Source: an uncultured virus (IMG/VR IMGVR_UViG_3300020050_017898)
Lineage: Duplodnaviria > Heunggongvirae > Uroviricota > Caudoviricetes
DNA length: 64,000 nucleotides
IMG/VR virus record: IMGVR_UViG_3300020050_017898
Direction: 5' to 3' (one strand)
Shown here: positions 58,086 through 64,000 of the stretch, piece by piece
Position numbering within the stretch: position 1 is the first letter of the stretch
Layout: the number at the start of each line of letters is the position of its first letter
Program-made: the position numbers and the translations under genes
Notes under the pieces: generated by a model
Database searches by the model: none
Told to the model about the DNA's origin: nothing
Seen by the model: the letters and a program-made list of their open reading frames with translations, nothing else

Positions 58086-60301
58086 ACTTGACTAACATCC
58101 TGATCATCACGACGTACTTCACTGTTATTTCCAAGATTCGCTTTGGTCTTAATAAAGGTATAAGGTAATTTCTTAATTGAACTAGATGGAAGAACATCAG
58201 GATCATCAGGAATAACAAAATCAATAAAATAAGTATTATCAAATCTCATTGAGATGTATCCATCACCATCATTATCAGATGATATGTAACCAACAAAACT
58301 TTGGCTACCATCAAAAGTAAAACTTGTTACATCTCCCAAAGAAGCATCAGCTGATAATCTCAAAGCAATATCATTGGCTGTTGTAGCATCTAATCCATTA
58401 AGAATATTTACATTATTACTATCTTTTAATACCACAGAAACTTTGATGGTATCAGTAGTAAATTGAATTTCAGGATCCAGAGTAAAATCGCTATTATTAG
58501 GATCAAAGGCAATTCCAACCAATTCATTAATAGAATTACCAACTGATCCGATCATATTATTTAGATAGGCGCTGGTATTGTTATCAAAATCAGTTAAAGT
58601 ATCATCATTAAAATTATCTCTAAGATTAGCAATACTAACTTGGAAGAAGTTTAGCGCGTCTGCCATATCAGGAAATCTATTCTGGTCTTCTGGCAAAGCC
58701 GTACCATCAAATCCAACAAATCCATCACTGTTTCCTGGGTTAGCTGTTGTACCATTAGCAGTATTAGCTAATAAATCATTTACTAAAGCTAGTTTAGGTC
58801 CAATGTTATCAAACAAGTTACTGAAAAGAATAGTGCGTTCAGCATCAAATTCTCTATCACAATTTAGAATAACAACATTTTGTTCAGTTAGTACGTCTTC
58901 ATTGATCTTAAAAGTGTAAGTAACATTGCTATGAATAACTGGTGCGTAATCAATGATACTTAAATCTGCTGGGGCAGGAAGCGTAACTGTTGATTTAAAC
59001 AATAATGTTTCTAACGTTGCTTGCGAACTAGTTTTTACTATCCCCGTCGAATCATATCCAGTAATAGGTGTTACTCCATTACTTTCATAAGCTAAACCAC
59101 CAGCAATACTAATTACACCATTAGGAATAACACTGGTTGAACCATTCTGATTTATTAAACTGGGGGTGGGAGTTTGAGTTACTATACAGTTTTTGATTTT
59201 AATTGTTCTAGCATAACCATCAACTGCAGGAAAAATTCTATTATAATCGCTGGGATCATAAAATAATTCAATATCAACTAAATAAGGAACTTGTCTGGTG
59301 TCTGAAGTAGCTGAATAAACTTTATCAGTTGGAAAGAATACTGGCTTGGGTGATTCAGTAACATCAAAAGCATCATAAATATTACTGAACTTCTCTTCTT
59401 GAGCCTGGCTAGCATCTAGGAATGAATAACTGCTAAAACGTTGCGTTTGATCAAATACTCCAGTAAAAGGTGGAGCCGCTTCTACTTTTACTGTAGAGAT
59501 ATACTGTAATGTTCCTGTGACTCGTGTGTAATCACCATTAAGAATAAAAGCCGGACATACATCAGTGGTACAGCAATCTGAAGCGTCTGAACTATTACCT
59601 GATTTACATGGGGGAATTTTAAAAGAAAGATTAAGAATTTCTTTGATAGCAGAAAAAATAAAATTGAAGATAGCGAAGATAATTAGTAATTGCTGAAACA
59701 AACAAAGCAATGAACTAATTTTATTGATAGCGCCTTTAATTGATTGAGCATTGCCATCAGCAAATGCTTTCTTTAACATTTGAATGTTTTTTCTTAAAGC
59801 ATCAATTAAATTTTTGATCTTTTGAATAATATAATTAATGATCTGAAGAAGCAAGTACAGTAACGACATAATCATTGCTATTAAAGCAAAGATAGGAAAC
59901 ATTCGAAGAAAGTCTGGAAGACAGTTTCTAAAAAGTTTTTTTACAGCTTTCCTCATTTTAAACGGGCGAGGAAAAGCGCATAATACTTCTATGATACAAA
60001 CTATTAAATTTAACATTGGAAGAAAGAATTTGTATAATAACAGGAATGGAAAGAATTTATTTAATAAATTAAGAATACCATCAAATATATCTTTTTGAAA
60101 TTTAATATTAAGATTAGGTTTAAGAATTCCTGATGGAAGTAGCAAAGAAATTTTATCAAAAATTTCTAAAATATCTTCAGGAAAACCTTCTGGAAATAAA
60201 TTAGTAGGAAGATCAATAGCTAATGGTTTTCCAAATCCAGGAATACCAAAACTCGGTCCGGTTGGTACTGTAACATTAAGATCTTGAGGATTACAAACCA
60301 T
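58082..60301 (-). CDS. Virion protein with hydrophobic N-terminal helices
   Basis: 739 aa; several long apolar helices then beta-rich region. Confidence 0.7.
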   Translation of the reverse strand: MVCNPQDLNVTVPTGPSFGIPGFGKPLAIDLPTNLFPEGFPEDILEIFDKISLLLPSGILKPNLNIKFQKDIFDGILNLLNKFFPFLLLYKFFLPMLNLIVCIIEVLCAFPRPFKMRKAVKKLFRNCLPDFLRMFPIFALIAMIMSLLYLLLQIINYIIQKIKNLIDALRKNIQMLKKAFADGNAQSIKGAINKISSLLCLFQQLLIIFAIFNFIFSAIKEILNLSFKIPPCKSGNSSDASDCCTTDVCPAFILNGDYTRVTGTLQYISTVKVEAAPPFTGVFDQTQRFSSYSFLDASQAQEEKFSNIYDAFDVTESPKPVFFPTDKVYSATSDTRQVPYLVDIELFYDPSDYNRIFPAVDGYARTIKIKNCIVTQTPTPSLINQNGSTSVIPNGVISIAGGLAYESNGVTPITGYDSTGIVKTSSQATLETLLFKSTVTLPAPADLSIIDYAPVIHSNVTYTFKINEDVLTEQNVVILNCDREFDAERTILFSNLFDNIGPKLALVNDLLANTANGTTANPGNSDGFVGFDGTALPEDQNRFPDMADALNFFQVSIANLRDNFNDDTLTDFDNNTSAYLNNMIGSVGNSINELVGIAFDPNNSDFTLDPEIQFTTDTIKVSVVLKDSNNVNILNGLDATTANDIALRLSADASLGDVTSFTFDGSQSFVGYISSDNDGDGYISMRFDNTYFIDFVIPDDPDVLPSSSIKKLPYTFIKTKANLGNNSEVRRDDQDVSQV

Positions 60302-60304
60302 TGA

Positions 60305-60619
60305 TTAATCTTTCTTTTTACCAATATGAAGCATTGTACTATATGATCCTTTTTCTGCCATAAAAGTAGTAGCTGCCATAATATTTTCTATCATGATATC
60401 AGTTTCTTTTAGATAAAAACTCTGACAAATAGTATTGATATAGCTCATTATAACCAATGAATCTTCATTCTCTACATCAATTTGATATACAGCATTTTCT
60501 TCAACAACAAAATTTGATCCTAATAAAAATATAACATTAGAAACAATAATATATCCCCTTCTTAAAAGATCTTTATATAATTCATTATAATGTTCATTTA
60601 GAGTTGAAGAAATTTTCAT
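60305..60619 (-). CDS. Hypothetical protein
   Basis: 104 aa, ATGA-coupled. Confidence 0.6.
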   Translation of the reverse strand: MKISSTLNEHYNELYKDLLRRGYIIVSNVIFLLGSNFVVEENAVYQIDVENEDSLVIMSYINTICQSFYLKETDIMIENIMAATTFMAEKGSYSTMLHIGKKKD

Positions 60620-62601
60620 ATAGTTCCAAAATCTGATCCTCTTTGAACTAGTCGATCTTGAATAAACATTTCTTCTGATTTAAAAGAAGCTGTACCATCA
60701 CACTGTACTTGTAAATCTCCTGCGCTATAAACCTTAGTAGATCCAGGAGTCATCATAGTAACACCAGTATCATCTATTCTAATAACAGTTTCTCTTAATC
60801 CAGAAGTTAAGACCCGAATATCTAAAACGCCGCCTCTAAAGGCATTATTTAACTGTGTAAATCTTCCATCAGAAGAAATACCATATCCACCAATCTGAAC
60901 TAACATATCTCCGTCTAAAGATACTACTGCACTATTCATATTTTTATCTCTACCAATATTGGCTACAATTCCACCGGCTGTATCGATCCAAACTGATTGA
61001 CGATCAACTGTATTAGCACCAATATTAAATTCCAAAGATCCATCAAAATTCATTTGACCAGATCTGCCACCAGCATTTTTACCAACAGTTATTTTTTTAG
61101 ACACAAAATCAGTAGTAGTGTACATTAACTTAGAAGTATCAATAATATTATCAGGAAAATATTGATAATCTAAGAAATCAGATTTTTTAAAAGAATACAA
61201 AGTACTAGTAATATCGTGAAAGGTAGTACCATGTTTAATAACATTGCTAGTAATGCGATCTACTATATTAGTTTTGTTATCTAAATATTCAATATCAATT
61301 CCACCCTTAATACGATTCTTTTCATCTTTGAAAATATCATATGAATCAGCTGTAAAACTATCGTGTAAAATATCTAGGTTATCTTCTCGCTTGATAAATT
61401 TATTTGGGTTACTATCATCATCTGGACTAAGATAAGAAAAATTTTCATATCTGGTTAGTAATGGAATGTTTCCACTTTCAGAAGAAGCTGGAACATTTAG
61501 TTTGAATTGTCCTTCTTTATCAATGTCCATAAAGAATCTAGAGCGTGCTCTAGAATAATCATAGTTATCATTAATATTAGGAACTTTTAACTCACCATCA
61601 ACAACAAAGTCTTTCCTAGCATTAATCTCAAAGTGATAGGCTAATCCACGACGATGCAAGCTTCTTAAATTTATATATTTATCTTTTTTACTATCAGTCT
61701 TAGCATCTTCTTCAGATTTAATTGTAAATTTACCTTGACCAATTGGTAAAGGATATCTATTAATATCTAATACATTTCCAAAAATATCTATTACTGTACC
61801 CTGAATAGATTCTATTAGATAATTAGGGTGAGTTAATGACAAGCCTAGAACATCAGTTTTATTTAATCTACGATTACTGCTTTTATATTTTTTATTCGGG
61901 ACTGATTCTGTCCCATAATTATTACTTTCAGTAAGATCATCTAATACATTAGAATTTTCAGGAAATTCTGTAACTAAGTATCTAGACTCAATAAAAGCTG
62001 GATTTTTAGTTGTAGTGTTTTTAAATTTATTAGAAGCTAATGTATTATCAAAGCCAATTGGTTTAAGAAAATCATCATAGCTAGGATTTTGTAATTTTAA
62101 ACTATCAGGAATATTAGAATTTTGTGTTAAATCTCTTTTAACAGCCCCACTTACAAATCTGGTTCCTTCAGAAAATTCTGAAAAACTATCAAAATAACTA
62201 TTATAAAAGCTATTATTTACATTGGTTTGAATAGTGATATTTTTTTTATTTTCACCTAAAACAATGTTATTTTTCTTAACTTTAAAAAAAGTATTATTGT
62301 TGGAACTAATAGTAAAAGATTCATCATCTATATTAGTATTATCAAAATTTCTACTATAAAAACCAATACAATGATATTGACCACCTAACCCTTGAGCTAC
62401 AATAACTGTAGTTCCTGTGCTAGGTAATCCTACGGCACTAATGTTTTTAGAATTCATAAAAGGTTGAGGAATAGAAACCGTAATATTGTTAGTAACTCCA
62501 CCAACACTGAAGCCATCCACACTAACATCCATAGTATTTTTGCTAGGATTGACCGAAATAACTGTTCCTGTCTTTACTAATCCAACTTGTTCTGTTAGCA
62601 T
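60616..62601 (-). CDS. Baseplate central spike (gp5/gpV-like)
   Basis: N-terminal OB-fold pattern GTVISVN...LPSTGTTVIV; C-terminal beta-helix-like strands. Confidence 0.7.
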   Translation of the reverse strand: MLTEQVGLVKTGTVISVNPSKNTMDVSVDGFSVGGVTNNITVSIPQPFMNSKNISAVGLPSTGTTVIVAQGLGGQYHCIGFYSRNFDNTNIDDESFTISSNNNTFFKVKKNNIVLGENKKNITIQTNVNNSFYNSYFDSFSEFSEGTRFVSGAVKRDLTQNSNIPDSLKLQNPSYDDFLKPIGFDNTLASNKFKNTTTKNPAFIESRYLVTEFPENSNVLDDLTESNNYGTESVPNKKYKSSNRRLNKTDVLGLSLTHPNYLIESIQGTVIDIFGNVLDINRYPLPIGQGKFTIKSEEDAKTDSKKDKYINLRSLHRRGLAYHFEINARKDFVVDGELKVPNINDNYDYSRARSRFFMDIDKEGQFKLNVPASSESGNIPLLTRYENFSYLSPDDDSNPNKFIKREDNLDILHDSFTADSYDIFKDEKNRIKGGIDIEYLDNKTNIVDRITSNVIKHGTTFHDITSTLYSFKKSDFLDYQYFPDNIIDTSKLMYTTTDFVSKKITVGKNAGGRSGQMNFDGSLEFNIGANTVDRQSVWIDTAGGIVANIGRDKNMNSAVVSLDGDMLVQIGGYGISSDGRFTQLNNAFRGGVLDIRVLTSGLRETVIRIDDTGVTMMTPGSTKVYSAGDLQVQCDGTASFKSEEMFIQDRLVQRGSDFGTI

Positions 62602-64000
62602 TAACTTTCCTCAAATTTTATTAATACGTCAAGAACTTGAGCGTATAAATGATCTAATAAATTAGCTGTTTTGGTATTTAGATATAAATCATGATTAATT
62701 GACATAGCTTTTTGGGTAGGGCTCCGACTTTCCGATGGTCCCAATAAAACAGATACTACATTTATATCATCTTCACTCATAGGAGGAGCCCCGTTGAAAC
62801 CTTGTGTTAATAGCGTTTTAAAGCTCTCGGCAGCTTTTATTGAAGCAATATTATCTCCTTCTTCTTCTTTACCATAAGCCCTAATTTCCACAGATACTTT
62901 CATTTTAGTGTTACTAACTTTATATTTTTCAATCATCAAAGATGCGTCAAATAATAAATCAGTAATTAATTGGCTATTATTCTTAGAAAATCCTACTTTT
63001 GATTGACCAGGATCATTTAGATTAATGAAAGTATTGGATCCTTCTAGAATAAAAACCCCATATGGTTTATATGAATCAGTCTGTTGCTGTCTAAAATTAA
63101 TAAAAGTTTGATTATCACGATTCTTATAGAGAAGTTTTCCAACAACATCTAAAATAGTTGGAATATATTCTCCTGGAGCATGACCATAAGTTAATGTTAG
63201 ATCTGTTCCATAACTAAAACCTTCAGAGTAATTATGACTGACGCTATCAACATAAAATAATTTATTTTGACTTTCTAAGTAAACCACATCTCCTGCCTGA
63301 TAGTATTCATTTGCTACTAATGAAACATTGGCTGTTATTAATGTTTTTCTTATTTTATTTAATAACGAAACGGCATATGGCGCACATTGTGTTTCTGGAT
63401 TTGTAAAGAAAGGTAAATTAATATTATTAGTTTTTCTAGAACCATAGCGACGTAACATGTCAAAATCAATAGCTGTAGCTGAAACTAAACTATTTCCGCC
63501 TTGAAAGGTCCCAGCATCAAAAGATCCTTGACCTATAAAATCCCCAAGAATACCAGACACAGTAATAGAAGTAAATTGAGGCTCAGCATAATTTATAGTA
63601 AATGATTTAATTTTATCATCGGAAATAATGTATCTTTGACCTGAACCTGGACCCAGATCGTCATAACTTTCATCTTCAATTAATCCCGAATAAAGTTCAG
63701 GAATGTATTTACTAGGAGCATAAGAAAAAATAGTATCTTGTAAAGATTCTCCATCAATAGTATTAGCTTCTACTAGATTTTTCAAAGAAAAATGAAGAAC
63801 TTTTATCATTTTTTCTCGTTCTTTTAATAAACTATCCAAAGAATTTAAAGTTTTATATACATCTAATAAATTAGTAGCAAATGTACCTTGACCAATAGAG
63901 TTAGTATATTCTTTGGTGCTAAATTCCTCACCACGATTTCGCAATCTTTCAATAGCAGATCCACCATAAGTTCCATCAATCGGTCTTGGGGCAACAGGAT
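62601..64000 (-). CDS. Baseplate hub-like protein (5' end outside window)
   Basis: RRYG...TANVSL...QAGDVV...FYVDSVSHNY...TDLTLTYG; frame open to window edge. Confidence 0.7.
   Translation of the reverse strand, partial: PVAPRPIDGTYGGSAIERLRNRGEEFSTKEYTNSIGQGTFATNLLDVYKTLNSLDSLLKEREKMIKVLHFSLKNLVEANTIDGESLQDTIFSYAPSKYIPELYSGLIEDESYDDLGPGSGQRYIISDDKIKSFTINYAEPQFTSITVSGILGDFIGQGSFDAGTFQGGNSLVSATAIDFDMLRRYGSRKTNNINLPFFTNPETQCAPYAVSLLNKIRKTLITANVSLVANEYYQAGDVVYLESQNKLFYVDSVSHNYSEGFSYGTDLTLTYGHAPGEYIPTILDVVGKLLYKNRDNQTFINFRQQQTDSYKPYGVFILEGSNTFINLNDPGQSKVGFSKNNSQLITDLLFDASLMIEKYKVSNTKMKVSVEIRAYGKEEEGDNIASIKAAESFKTLLTQGFNGAPPMSEDDINVVSVLLGPSESRSPTQKAMSINHDLYLNTKTANLLDHLYAQVLDVLIKFEES

Noticed and set aside
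732..61435. Many short antisense ORFs in the track (e.g. 732..932, 26302..26607, 43338..43670, 58578..58919)
   Set aside because: Shadow ORFs opposite well-supported genes, without recognisable motifs
1..64000. Alternative genetic code (stop recoding)
   Set aside because: Genes up to 7 kb are uninterrupted in code 11 and pack densely
41810..64000. Baseplate genes as a bacterial contractile injection system or tailocin
   Set aside because: Context of helicase, RNR, sigma factor, homing endonucleases and dense orphan genes indicates a large phage genome

Overview
AT-rich segment of a large (jumbo-type) myovirus genome, read in genetic code 11. No rRNA, tRNA or CRISPR array was seen. Left part (1-13.9 kb): nucleotide metabolism and accessory genes (dUTPase, ThyA, DHFR, two DEDDh exonucleases, IF-1, papain-like and M23 peptidases, two free-standing homing endonucleases, an IMPDH/GMPR-like pseudoenzyme). 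13.9-19.2 kb: two tandem 'fibre + tip protein' modules. 19.2-41.8 kb (almost all minus strand): MAP, PIN-PhoH with a class 3 Pro1 intein, NrdA with a Gln-ending intein, a double-HNH gene, NrdB, a sigma70-family factor, a tubulin/FtsZ homologue, DnaB and its loader, Fpg/Nei and three glycosyltransferases. 41.8-64 kb: contractile-tail baseplate operon. The most striking unexplained signal is the tripeptide Asp-Gly-Tyr (DGY). I found it 21 times, 18 of them in predicted virion proteins (11 in one 2321-aa baseplate protein), encoded by varied synonymous codons, and in none of the recognisable enzymes. The DGY-rich operon is directly followed by glycosyltransferase genes, suggesting a phage-encoded virion modification or docking sequon. 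Other highlights are a recurring -10 box/6 nt/ATG leaderless layout alongside phage IF-1, several catalytically dead enzyme folds, and a possible inverted-topology single-chain spanin. All assignments come from reading motifs by eye; no searches were run.
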